DNA from: Acidobacteriota bacterium
GTDB lineage: Bacteria; Acidobacteriota; UBA890; WLXD01
Assembly (NCBI GenBank): GCA_965205505.1
Contig: CBDBHB010000009.1
Location: 2,848,001 to 2,912,000, forward strand
Direction of reading: 5' to 3'
Length of the DNA: 64,000 bases
Below are positions 18,869-27,477 of this stretch, in pieces. Below the pieces are notes generated by a model. The model was not told the origin of the DNA. It saw only the letters and a program-made list of their open reading frames with translations, and searched no databases. Each line of letters begins with the position of its first letter. Positions within the stretch are counted from its first letter, which is position 1. Position numbers and translations under genes: made by a program.

Positions 18869-20598
18869 CGGGCCGCCGGATTCTGCATAACGCGGATATC
18901 GCCCGCGTTCTCGACGAGATCGCCGACATCCGTGAGATCCAGGGCGCTAACACGTTCCGCGTCCGCGCCTACCGCCTCGCCGGGGAGACCGTCCGCGGGC
19001 TTGGCCAGCCCCTCGAATCGCAGCGTCAGATCCACCCCGTTGCCGAACTACCTCATGTCGGCAAGGCCATCGCCGCGAAGATCGAGGAGCTGCTCGACAC
19101 AGGTGTTTGTCGAGAGCACACGGAGCTGCTCGCCAGTCGGGAGGGTGGCCTGGTGGAGATGGTGCGGCTACCGGGAATCGGCCCCAAGCGGGCTCGTGCG
19201 ATAGCGGAGACGCTGGACATCTGGTCGATCGAGGATCTCGAGCTGGCCGCTGCAAGCGGCGCCCTGCGCGACGTGCCAGGACTTGGTACGAAAACGCAGG
19301 CGCGTATCCTTCGGGCGCTCCAACGCCGTCGTACCGAGCACGGACGCATCTTGCTCGGTGATGCACTGTCGCGAGCAGAAGCTCTACAGCAGGAGCTCTC
19401 GAAACTCCCGGGCGTACAGCGCGTCGAGATCGCCGGTAGTGTGCGACGGGGTCTGGAGACCGTCATGGGCATCGACCTAGTGGCGGCATCGAGCCGGCCC
19501 ACCGAGATCGTCCCTGGGTTCGTGAGCCGCCCCGAGGTTGAGCAGATCCTGTCGCGCGAAAGCGACCGGGCGCGTGTGCGGCTCGACGACGGAACAATCG
19601 TCGATCTTCGCGTCACCAAGCCGGCGTCCTTCGGAAGCCTTTGGCACTTGGCTACCGGGCCCGACGAACACACGCGCGCCGTACGCCGCCTCGCAGAGCA
19701 GCGCCTGGTGCGCACAGCCGACAACACCGACCCAGCGGATCGCAGCGCCGAACCGGGCGAAGCGGCGACCGAGGAGGGAGTGTATGCGGCCGCTGGCTTG
19801 CCGGTTATCCCGCCGGAGCTCCGAGAGCAGGTGGGCGCTCTAGAGACAGCGGCGGCTGGCGACCTTGCGGCGCTCGTGGAGCTTGACGATGTGCGTGGCG
19901 ATTGCCAAATGCACACCACCGCGAGCGACGGGCGCGCTGATTTGGCGGTCATGGTCTCGACCGCAGTGCAACGAGGCTACGAGTATGCCGCGGTCACCGA
20001 CCATTCGAGGCGAATGCCCGGGGGACTGGATGCGCGTCAACTTGCCCGCCAGTGGGCCCAGGTGGAGAAACTCAACAGCCGGCTCGGAGCGTTCCGCATT
20101 TTGCGCGGGGTAGAGGTCGACATTCTCGATGACGGCACACTCGATCTCGACGACGCTTGTCTTGCAGATGCCGAGATCGTCGTTGCTGCGGTGCATTCGC
20201 AAATGGATCAGGAGCGCGAGGAGATGACCGGACGATTGCTACGAGCGCTCGACAACCGCCACGTGCACATCCTGGCGCACCCGACGGGACGCCGCCTGCT
20301 GCGTCGTGAGCCGTACGCCGTAGCCTTGGAGCGGGTCTTCGTCGGCGCCCGTGCTCGCGGCGTATTACTCGAGTGCAACGCCCATCCGCAGCGTCTCGAC
20401 CTGTGCGCCGAGCACCTCCGTCGAGCAGTGGAGGTCGGTGCGGGCGTGGTGATATCCACGGATGCCCATGACGTCGCCGGGTTGGGTCACATGCGTTTGG
20501 GGGTGGCGACGGCGCGTCGTGCGGGGCTGACCGCAGAACGGGTGGCGAATACGCGGAACGCAGATGAGTTCCTGACGCTGATAGGCGAGACTGGCTGA
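18865..20598 (+). CDS. polX: DNA polymerase X / PHP-domain protein (start codon non-canonical or lost)
   Basis: in-frame HNADIARVLDEIAD..FRVRAYR upstream of the first GTG (19153); GIGPK HhH, AGSVRR, PHP QMHT..SDG, TDHS, AHPTGR, STDAH. Confidence 0.88.
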   Translation: MTGRRILHNADIARVLDEIADIREIQGANTFRVRAYRLAGETVRGLGQPLESQRQIHPVAELPHVGKAIAAKIEELLDTGVCREHTELLASREGGLVEMVRLPGIGPKRARAIAETLDIWSIEDLELAAASGALRDVPGLGTKTQARILRALQRRRTEHGRILLGDALSRAEALQQELSKLPGVQRVEIAGSVRRGLETVMGIDLVAASSRPTEIVPGFVSRPEVEQILSRESDRARVRLDDGTIVDLRVTKPASFGSLWHLATGPDEHTRAVRRLAEQRLVRTADNTDPADRSAEPGEAATEEGVYAAAGLPVIPPELREQVGALETAAAGDLAALVELDDVRGDCQMHTTASDGRADLAVMVSTAVQRGYEYAAVTDHSRRMPGGLDARQLARQWAQVEKLNSRLGAFRILRGVEVDILDDGTLDLDDACLADAEIVVAAVHSQMDQEREEMTGRLLRALDNRHVHILAHPTGRRLLRREPYAVALERVFVGARARGVLLECNAHPQRLDLCAEHLRRAVEVGAGVVISTDAHDVAGLGHMRLGVATARRAGLTAERVANTRNADEFLTLIGETG

Positions 20599-20648
20599 GG
20601 CTCTGCCGCTCACCGGGGCCTGCGGTCGATCATCGGAGGTACGAGACG

Positions 20649-21101
20649 ATGCCGAACTGGACCTATCTGATACTCCATTTCTTGCACACTGCCGCTCTCG
20701 GCATCTGGATCGGTGGGATTGTGACCCTCGGTGCTGTTGCTGCGCCAGCGATATTTCGCGATGCGTCGAGCCGCCAAGAGGCCGGTCGCATCATGGCGGC
20801 GGTGTTTCGTCGTTTCGACGTCGTCGTGATGGGGTGCATACTGCTGTTGTTGATCACCAGCCCATTGTTGGTGGTTTGGTTTGGCCGGCTGTCTCCCTGG
20901 TACGCCATCGAGTACGTTTGCATCGCCATGATGAGCGCTAGCGCAGTCTATTCCGCACGCGTGGTCTCGCCGCGCATCCGCCGTCTGCGTGAAGAGGGTC
21001 ATGCCTCCGATAGTCCGCAGTTCGAGCAGCTGCATCGCGCTTCCGTAATGAGCATGCAATTCAACCTCGCATGCGGTTGTGTGGCGCTGTTTTTCTCATG
21101 A
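20649..21101 (+). CDS. DUF4149-like membrane protein
   Basis: GIWIGG...AAPAIF...AG..M..VF, FEQLHRASV; several hydrophobic helices. Confidence 0.75.
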   Translation: MPNWTYLILHFLHTAALGIWIGGIVTLGAVAAPAIFRDASSRQEAGRIMAAVFRRFDVVVMGCILLLLITSPLLVVWFGRLSPWYAIEYVCIAMMSASAVYSARVVSPRIRRLREEGHASDSPQFEQLHRASVMSMQFNLACGCVALFFS

Positions 21102-22153
21102 CCCGCCTGGTCGCCTGCATATTCGCTACGATCGCCTGCACCGCCGTTTCTGCGCAGACGAGCGAGGTCGCGTATCCAGCCGAGGACGAGAGTCGGCTAG
21201 GACGCGAGGTGCTAGAGCTGTTGAACGTAGCGCGCACCGCGGCGGGCGTTGCCGAGCTGGAGGGTCACCCGGATCTGGACCTGTTGGCCTACCAGCACAG
21301 TCGAGAGATGGCGGCCAGCGGCGTCGTTACGCACTACTCACATCGCTACGGCGTGAGCACCGAGACGCGTGTCAAATTGGCGTTCCCACGCGTGTTTCAG
21401 TTCGGCGAGAATGTCGCTCTCAACCGGACAGTCGAGGCGCTGCACGGGGGGCTGCAGGCGAGCGACGGACATCGCTTGAATCGTCTTGATCCGGCGTTCA
21501 CGCACGTTGGTCTCGGAGTCGCGCAGGTCGGCCGCTACCAGCTGTTTCTGACCGAAGTATTCGTGCGCGTGCTCCGACCAGCGCTCCTTGACGGAATCGA
21601 CACGCTCTATACAGAGGCTCCGCCCGAGTCCTTGCCGGAGGATGAGCCGCAGTACGGGTATTTTGTAGGCACTACGGTACGTGTCGGTGCACCGGAGCCC
21701 GACAATCCGGCGTACTGGACACACCGGGGTATCACGGCGTACTTGGACGAGCGCTACGCCGACGCGATTGGCGACTTCCGGCGAGCCGTGGATATTCAGC
21801 CAGAATACCGATTTGCACGCTATGACTTGGCGCGCGCCCTCATCGCGGATGACCAGCCGGCGAGGGCAGCCGAGGTGCTGGCTGACCACCTGAGCCGTCA
21901 TCCCGATGATCTGGATGGGTGGGTCACCAGCGGTACAGCGGCGCTTCTGCTACAAGACTACGAAGTGGCCGAACGGGTTTTCCGCCATGTGATCGAGCAC
22001 CGTGCCCGGGACGCTGGCGCTTGGTATAACCTCGGCTTGTCGCTGGAAATGCAGGATCGGTTGGCCGGGGCGGAGAAGGCCTACAGGCAAGCCCTTCACC
22101 TCGACAGCACATTGCGGGCCGTCGTCGTCGCCTTGGCGCGCGTCCGACGCTGA
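21098..22153 (+). CDS. CAP-domain plus TPR protein, secreted
   Basis: LNVAR, HSREM, GENVA, S.GHR.N.L...FTHVGLG; TPR repeats AWYNLG. Confidence 0.8.
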   Translation: MTRLVACIFATIACTAVSAQTSEVAYPAEDESRLGREVLELLNVARTAAGVAELEGHPDLDLLAYQHSREMAASGVVTHYSHRYGVSTETRVKLAFPRVFQFGENVALNRTVEALHGGLQASDGHRLNRLDPAFTHVGLGVAQVGRYQLFLTEVFVRVLRPALLDGIDTLYTEAPPESLPEDEPQYGYFVGTTVRVGAPEPDNPAYWTHRGITAYLDERYADAIGDFRRAVDIQPEYRFARYDLARALIADDQPARAAEVLADHLSRHPDDLDGWVTSGTAALLLQDYEVAERVFRHVIEHRARDAGAWYNLGLSLEMQDRLAGAEKAYRQALHLDSTLRAVVVALARVRR

Positions 22154-22230
22154 GCGAGCTGGCTCGCAACCTTACGGCTCGCGGACAGGCTGCCGAGTTC
22201 GAAACCTACTAGCCAAATCAGGACCCGCCG

Positions 22231-22713
22231 ATGGGCATTCGTGAAGACCTACTGAAGAGTCTCGCCGTTGAAGTGAGCGCCTTGGAGCGCGAGCTCAAGG
22301 TCGAGCTACCGCGCCAGCTGGCCGAGGCCGCCGCGCACGGTGATTTGAGTGAGAACGCAGAGCATGAAGCGGCCAAGGATCGTAAGGATACGGTCACCGC
22401 TCTGCTCCTGCGCCTCTACCAGAAACGGCAGGCCATCTCGAGCATGAACACCGAGATGATCTCTCGCGACACGATCGGTTTCGGCTCGACGGTGGAGTTG
22501 CTTGACCTCGACAACGACGAAGAGATCTCGTACGCGCTCGTTTCCGCTGACGAGACCGACCCGAAAGCGGGCCGTATCTCGATCACCTCACCAATCGGTC
22601 AAGCGCTCGCAGGCAAGGCGGACGGGGACGAGATCACCGTTCAAACACCCAGGGGCAGCCGCAACTACGAGGTTCTGAGTTTCCGCACGATTCACGATGG
22701 TGAGCTCGGCTGA
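22231..22713 (+). CDS. greA: Transcription elongation factor GreA
   Basis: HGDLSENAE, IGFGSTV, ISITSPIGQAL. Confidence 0.92.
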   Translation: MGIREDLLKSLAVEVSALERELKVELPRQLAEAAAHGDLSENAEHEAAKDRKDTVTALLLRLYQKRQAISSMNTEMISRDTIGFGSTVELLDLDNDEEISYALVSADETDPKAGRISITSPIGQALAGKADGDEITVQTPRGSRNYEVLSFRTIHDGELG

Positions 22714-23770
22714 AAGCTTGGATTCAACCGCGTCCCCCGGTGGTCGGCCGCCGTATAGTGCCAGCGACGTAGAGTACCGGCGGCGTCTGCAAGCAGCGCG
22801 CCTGGGCCTTGCGGCGATCGCCTTCATCCTGATCGTCGGTACCGTCGGGTATGTGCTCGTCGAGGGCTGGACGCTCGTCGACAGCCTCTACATGGTCATC
22901 TTGACGTTGAGCACCGTCGGCTTCCAGGAGGTGCGGCCGCTGAGCACCGGGGGGCGGGTCCTCACCATGGCCTTGATCCTTACCGGTGCGAGTGCCTTTC
23001 TGTACGTCGCCGCGATGTTCTCGCGACTGGCGATCGAAGGGGATCTGCGCCGTGTGGTCGGGAGGAGAAGGATGGACAAGGAGATCTCGCGCATCGCCAA
23101 CCACCACATCATCTGCGGCTATGGCCGAGTCGGACGTGAGGCGTGTCGGCACCTCTTGGCAGACGGGGTCTCTGTGCTGGTGATCGACATCAATGAGGAA
23201 GCTCTTGGTGATCTCGACGCCACGAGGGTGCCACACCTGCGTGGCGACGCGGTGAAGGAGAGCGTTCTGCGAGCGGCAGGCATCGAGCGAGCCGCCGGCT
23301 TGCTGCTAACGCTCTCGCACGAGGCCGACAACGTCTACGTGACGCTTCTAGCGCGGGATCTTTGCGTCGGACTGCAGATCATCGCGCGCAGTGTCACCGA
23401 GCAGGGTGAGCGGCGGCTGCTTGCCGCAGGAGCCGACCGAGTGGTGTCGCCAGAGCGTATCGGCGCCCGGTCGATGTCGAACTCCGTCACGCGCCCTCAC
23501 ACGGTGGACTTCACCGAGATCGTCACCGCCAGCACCGGGCTGGACCTGCAGCTAGAGGAGCTCAGCATCCCGACTGGCTCGGCGTTGATCGGCAAATCCA
23601 TCCAGGATTGCAACCTGCAGCGCGACTTTGGCGTGATCGTCGTGGGCATTCTGAGTACTGACGGTGAGATCTTGTTTGATCCGGCGCCCGAGTATTGCCT
23701 GGAGGCAGGCTCCACCTTGATCATCCTGGGCAAGCGAAACGATGTCATCCGCTTCGCGCGCTCCGCGTGA
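22697..23770 (+). CDS. Two-TM potassium channel with TrkA-N/TrkA-C (RCK) domains
   Basis: pore STVGFQE, ICGYGRVG, C-terminal TrkA-C. Confidence 0.88.
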   Translation: MVSSAESLDSTASPGGRPPYSASDVEYRRRLQAARLGLAAIAFILIVGTVGYVLVEGWTLVDSLYMVILTLSTVGFQEVRPLSTGGRVLTMALILTGASAFLYVAAMFSRLAIEGDLRRVVGRRRMDKEISRIANHHIICGYGRVGREACRHLLADGVSVLVIDINEEALGDLDATRVPHLRGDAVKESVLRAAGIERAAGLLLTLSHEADNVYVTLLARDLCVGLQIIARSVTEQGERRLLAAGADRVVSPERIGARSMSNSVTRPHTVDFTEIVTASTGLDLQLEELSIPTGSALIGKSIQDCNLQRDFGVIVVGILSTDGEILFDPAPEYCLEAGSTLIILGKRNDVIRFARSA

Positions 23771-23916
23771 GGTTGATTGCTATCCGCAACTCGACATGCC
23801 TCCGTATCGGCGCTTATAATGCGCCAGCCTCCAAATACCCCGCTGGCATCTCTGCCAGGGAAGACCAAAAGCTGGCAATCGCACGAACCCCGCACCACGT
23901 CCTGGGGAGCGGCCCG

Positions 23917-25011
23917 ATGGCGCTCAAGAAACTTCTGACAGATCCCCTCAACTGGCTCCTGCTCTTACTAGCGGCGGCCTTCGGCTACTACATCTTCGCG
24001 GTGCCGTACTTCACCAACTTCTACTTGAAGACACCGCAGCAGCTGACCTTGGCCGAGTACCTTGCGAGTCCGAGCCATCCGCGGCCGTTCATGCTGCACG
24101 CGCTGAGTGCCCCGCCGCCGAGCATCGAGGTGGTGGTCACCGGGCTGCGGGTCTCGCATGTTGACCAGGACTCGATCATGCTCGTGGATGCCGATGCGGC
24201 AGCGCCGGCGACGACGCCGGTCGCGGTCCCGTCGGCGACCTCGGATGAGGGGACGGACGGCGAGGACGCCGCTGAGGATCAAGGCGCCGCCGACGCCGAG
24301 CCGGTGCTCACGTTCCAGCAAGAGGGGTCGCCCCCTTCCGGGCAGATCATCATTCCCGGAGACAATCTCGATCTGCTAGCCATAACGGTCGGGCAGGAAA
24401 TCGATCTCCGGGTCAATGGCCTCTACGAGAGCCCACTTGGATGGGTACCGCAGAACCCGGCACTCGATCGCAACGACGAGGAGCTGTTTACGAAGGAGGA
24501 GCTCGACGCCCTCGAGTTCATGCGCGTGCTCGTGGATGGCAACGAAATCCAGATGCCGTACATTCCGGCGGATGACCTGCGCTTCGCCGCCAGCGTGCAT
24601 CCGTTGGGCACGCCGATGACCCTCGAGGAGTTGGCGAACGACACCACCTACATTCAGACCGTCCAGCGGTTGGCCGGCGGCACCGTCGATGTGTACGACG
24701 TGCGACTCACTGAGAAGCGTTTCATCGAGCGTGCTCCGTACTTCGTTGTCGAGGACGGGGAAGGCCGGAGGGCGCAGGTTTTCTTCAACTCGCGCTTGCT
24801 GTCGGAATGGTACTGGGCGCTCGATCGCCTGGGTGGCCAGGGCATCGTGGCCCGAGGTACGCTGCGTCCCTTCACCCCAAGTGATCTACGACAACTCGAG
24901 TCTGACGACAATATCCAGGTGGTCATGGACGGCTATGCTCTTCTGTCGCGCGACGGCACCACCGTGGTGAGCCTCGAGAACCCGCTCGGCGGCTTCGGCG
25001 CCAGCCAGTAG
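23917..25011 (+). CDS. Membrane-anchored hypothetical protein
   Basis: long ORF with N-terminal hydrophobic helix and acidic linker; TATAAT at 23815-23820. Confidence 0.7.
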   Translation: MALKKLLTDPLNWLLLLLAAAFGYYIFAVPYFTNFYLKTPQQLTLAEYLASPSHPRPFMLHALSAPPPSIEVVVTGLRVSHVDQDSIMLVDADAAAPATTPVAVPSATSDEGTDGEDAAEDQGAADAEPVLTFQQEGSPPSGQIIIPGDNLDLLAITVGQEIDLRVNGLYESPLGWVPQNPALDRNDEELFTKEELDALEFMRVLVDGNEIQMPYIPADDLRFAASVHPLGTPMTLEELANDTTYIQTVQRLAGGTVDVYDVRLTEKRFIERAPYFVVEDGEGRRAQVFFNSRLLSEWYWALDRLGGQGIVARGTLRPFTPSDLRQLESDDNIQVVMDGYALLSRDGTTVVSLENPLGGFGASQ

Positions 25012-25032
25012 CCTTTACCTCGATCGCGATCG

Positions 25033-25599
25033 ATGGTCCCGACGCGGCAGCAGGCCTGGGCGTTGCTCAGCGAGCACACGCAGAACGCCAACCTCGTCAA
25101 GCACGCGCTCGGTGTGGAAGCTGCCATGCGCGGCTACGCACGGCACTTCGAAGAGGACGAGGAGCTGTGGGGAGTCGTCGGGCTGCTGCACGACTTCGAC
25201 TACGAGGAGCACCCCTCTTTGGAGGAGCACCCCTACGTGGGTGCCAGGATCCTGCGCGAGCTCGGGTACGCGGAGGAGATCGTCCACGCGATTCTGGGGC
25301 ACTCGGATCATACCGGCGTCGAGCGGACGAGCCGCCTAGACCAGACGCTTTATGCCGTGGACGAGCTCGTAGGGCTTATCGTCGCGGTGGCGCTCGTGCG
25401 TCCGAGCAAGTCGGTGGTCGATCTTCCGGTAAAGTCGATCATCAAGAAGTTCAAGGACAAGGCGTTCTGTCGCGCCATCGATCGCGAGCACCTGCGCGCC
25501 GGCGCCGCCGAGCTCGGTGTTGACATGAAGGAGCACGTGGCCTGCATCGTCGAGTCGCTGCGCTCCATCGCCCCCGAGCTCGGCCTGGCAGGGCGCTGA
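25033..25599 (+). CDS. HD-domain (HDIG-like) phosphohydrolase
   Basis: KHALGVE, GLLHDFDYE, AILGH, AVDELVG, KDKAF. Confidence 0.88.
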   Translation: MVPTRQQAWALLSEHTQNANLVKHALGVEAAMRGYARHFEEDEELWGVVGLLHDFDYEEHPSLEEHPYVGARILRELGYAEEIVHAILGHSDHTGVERTSRLDQTLYAVDELVGLIVAVALVRPSKSVVDLPVKSIIKKFKDKAFCRAIDREHLRAGAAELGVDMKEHVACIVESLRSIAPELGLAGR

Positions 25600-25650
25600 A
25601 GAACTCGGGCCGGTCGGGTGCAGGCGCCCCACCAGAGTTCTTCAGCACCC
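25591..25650. repeat. 60-bp inverted-repeat element between convergent genes
   Basis: gggcgctgaagaactc (25591-25606) / gagttcttcagcaccc (25635-25650), 15/16 match; related ggggtgctgagaaactc at about 42957. Confidence 0.7.
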
Positions 25651-25671
25651 CTCCGAGAGCAAACGGTGCCG

Positions 25672-26985
25672 TCAGCCTTCGTGGTCTCTTCCGAGCACCA
25701 GTCCGGCGCTGGCGGCGAAGGGCAATGTGGTCGCGAAGAGCAGAACCATGAGTACTTCCGAGTCAGAAAAGTTGTACTCGAACAGCCCCATCGTGAGGAA
25801 TGCCCCGAGGGCGGCCAGGGCAGCGCGGGCCTCCGGCCCACCTTCGGCGAAGGGCCCCGTGTAGCGCAGAACTCGCCAGGCGCCGACGGCGAATGCGGCC
25901 ATGAGCCACAGCCAAGTCGCCAATCCGAGCAAGCCGCGCTCGGCCGCCAGGTGCAGCGCGTCGTTGTGCAAGTGAGGGTTGGTCTCTTTCGCCGCCCATT
26001 CCACCCGCCAGGCGGGGTAGACGCGGGGAATCAGCCCTGGCCCGACACCGAGAAGAGGATGCGCCTGGATGATGCGCAACCCGGTTGCTGCCATCGCCAG
26101 CCGATCGAGGTTCGTCGGGTTGTCGAGGGTGAAAATGCTCGCGCCACGCTCGTACAGTGCTTCCGGACCGGCGAGCATCAGCAATACCACGCCTCCGACG
26201 ACGACACCGATGAGCAGCAGCACTACGTATGCGGCCCATCGGCGAGGCGGCGGGCCGCCGCCGGCTGAGCGGCTGGGCACGAACCGCAAGCCGAACCAAA
26301 GTGCGAGGCCGACCAAGCAACCGATCCAGGCAGAACGCGTCATCGTGAGACCAATGACGACGAGCGCTCCCAAGGCCAGCGCACGGTGGAGCATGCCGAC
26401 CCATCCGTCGCGCAGCACCAGAAGCGTCGGAATCGCCAACATCAATGCTCCCGCATACGTCATGTAGTGCCCGAGCGTGCCATCTGGACGATACGCTCCC
26501 GGGAACTCGCCTCGTTGAACCGCCAGCACGGTGCCCAACAGCCCAACGACGATCGCTATCAACACGCCGATTCCGAGAGCGCGCAATCCGAGCCGGCGCA
26601 TCGATGGGTGCCGGTAAGCAAGGTAGGTGACCATCGGGGCCGCGAATAGGAATACCTCTCGCAAGGACCAGAGGCTCTCGACAGGTGCGCGCGACGCCAG
26701 GGCGGAGATCATCGAAACCCCCCAGAACGCCATCAGAGGGGTACCGACAAGAGAGAAAACGTCACCGGCGGGGCCGCGCGCCGGCGGCTCAGGTACGGAG
26801 CCGGCGCGCGCCAACTCCAACCGGAGCCAGTTGGCGCACCACAGGACCAGGGAGGTCCACAGCGCGATCTCCGCCACGGCAATCGAAAGCGGAATCGCCA
26901 GTGCCCACAGCAGCGCCACGCCGAGAAAGACCTGGCCCCAGGGATCGCGACCGACCCGTGAGCTGGCAAACGCGGGGAGTCGAAT
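25672..26985 (-). CDS. O-antigen ligase family (Wzy_C) membrane protein, probable ATT start
   Basis: TMTRSAWIG, HPLLGVGPG, HLHND.L.LAAERG; SD AGGAGGT 6 nt before in-frame ATT at 26985. Confidence 0.85.
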   Translation of the reverse strand: MRLPAFASSRVGRDPWGQVFLGVALLWALAIPLSIAVAEIALWTSLVLWCANWLRLELARAGSVPEPPARGPAGDVFSLVGTPLMAFWGVSMISALASRAPVESLWSLREVFLFAAPMVTYLAYRHPSMRRLGLRALGIGVLIAIVVGLLGTVLAVQRGEFPGAYRPDGTLGHYMTYAGALMLAIPTLLVLRDGWVGMLHRALALGALVVIGLTMTRSAWIGCLVGLALWFGLRFVPSRSAGGGPPPRRWAAYVVLLLIGVVVGGVVLLMLAGPEALYERGASIFTLDNPTNLDRLAMAATGLRIIQAHPLLGVGPGLIPRVYPAWRVEWAAKETNPHLHNDALHLAAERGLLGLATWLWLMAAFAVGAWRVLRYTGPFAEGGPEARAALAALGAFLTMGLFEYNFSDSEVLMVLLFATTLPFAASAGLVLGRDHEG

Positions 26986-27054
26986 GGCTACACCTCCTGA
27001 TGAGGCTCGATACTACCGTCGCTAGCGCGCCGTTGTCGGTAGAATGGTCGTTCG

Positions 27055-27339
27055 ATGAGCATGGTTCAACGCGTTCGCCTGAGAATTCGAGGGCGGGTAC
27101 AGGGAGTGTATTACCGCGCCCACGCGCGTACCGCAGCGACACGACTCGCTTTGCGAGGGTGGGTGCGCAACTGCGACAACGGGGCCGTGGAAGCTGTGGT
27201 GGAGGGACCACCCGCAACAGTGGAGGACTTCATCGCGTGGTGCCATCAAGGCTCGCCGACCGCACGGGTAGATCGGCTCGAAGTGAGCGACGAGCCTGAC
27301 GAGGCTGCGCTGGCGAGCAGTTTTGACGTCGTATTCTAG
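27055..27339 (+). CDS. acyP: Acylphosphatase
   Basis: GRVQGVYYR, GWVRN..NG.VE. Confidence 0.93.
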   Translation: MSMVQRVRLRIRGRVQGVYYRAHARTAATRLALRGWVRNCDNGAVEAVVEGPPATVEDFIAWCHQGSPTARVDRLEVSDEPDEAALASSFDVVF

Positions 27340-27441
27340 ATGAGAAGGCCAACCTCCTTGGGCTTCGAGCCCGTTGCGTTTGCTTAAACGTTTGCAGAGC
27401 CGTCAGGCTACTGCGTCAGGAGGTTGGCCTTCTCATCTCAT
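27340..27441. mobile_element. Miniature non-autonomous derivative of the IS1111-group element
   Basis: near-identical to 34670-34767; IR atgagaaggccaacctcct/aggaggttggccttctcat; CTAG on both sides (27336-27339, 27442-27445). Confidence 0.85.
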
Positions 27442-27477
27442 CTAGGTCTTGGACGAGGAAAAGGCGGGGGCGGGCGG

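Noticed and set aside
22900-22935. Novel ion selectivity from the TVGFQ filter
   Set aside because: Deviations from TVGYG are common in bacterial TrkA-fused two-TM channels.
27424-27477. Longer sppA N-terminus from the ORF track
   Set aside because: The TTG start lies inside the inserted mini-element; ATG 27478 gives a normal membrane anchor.
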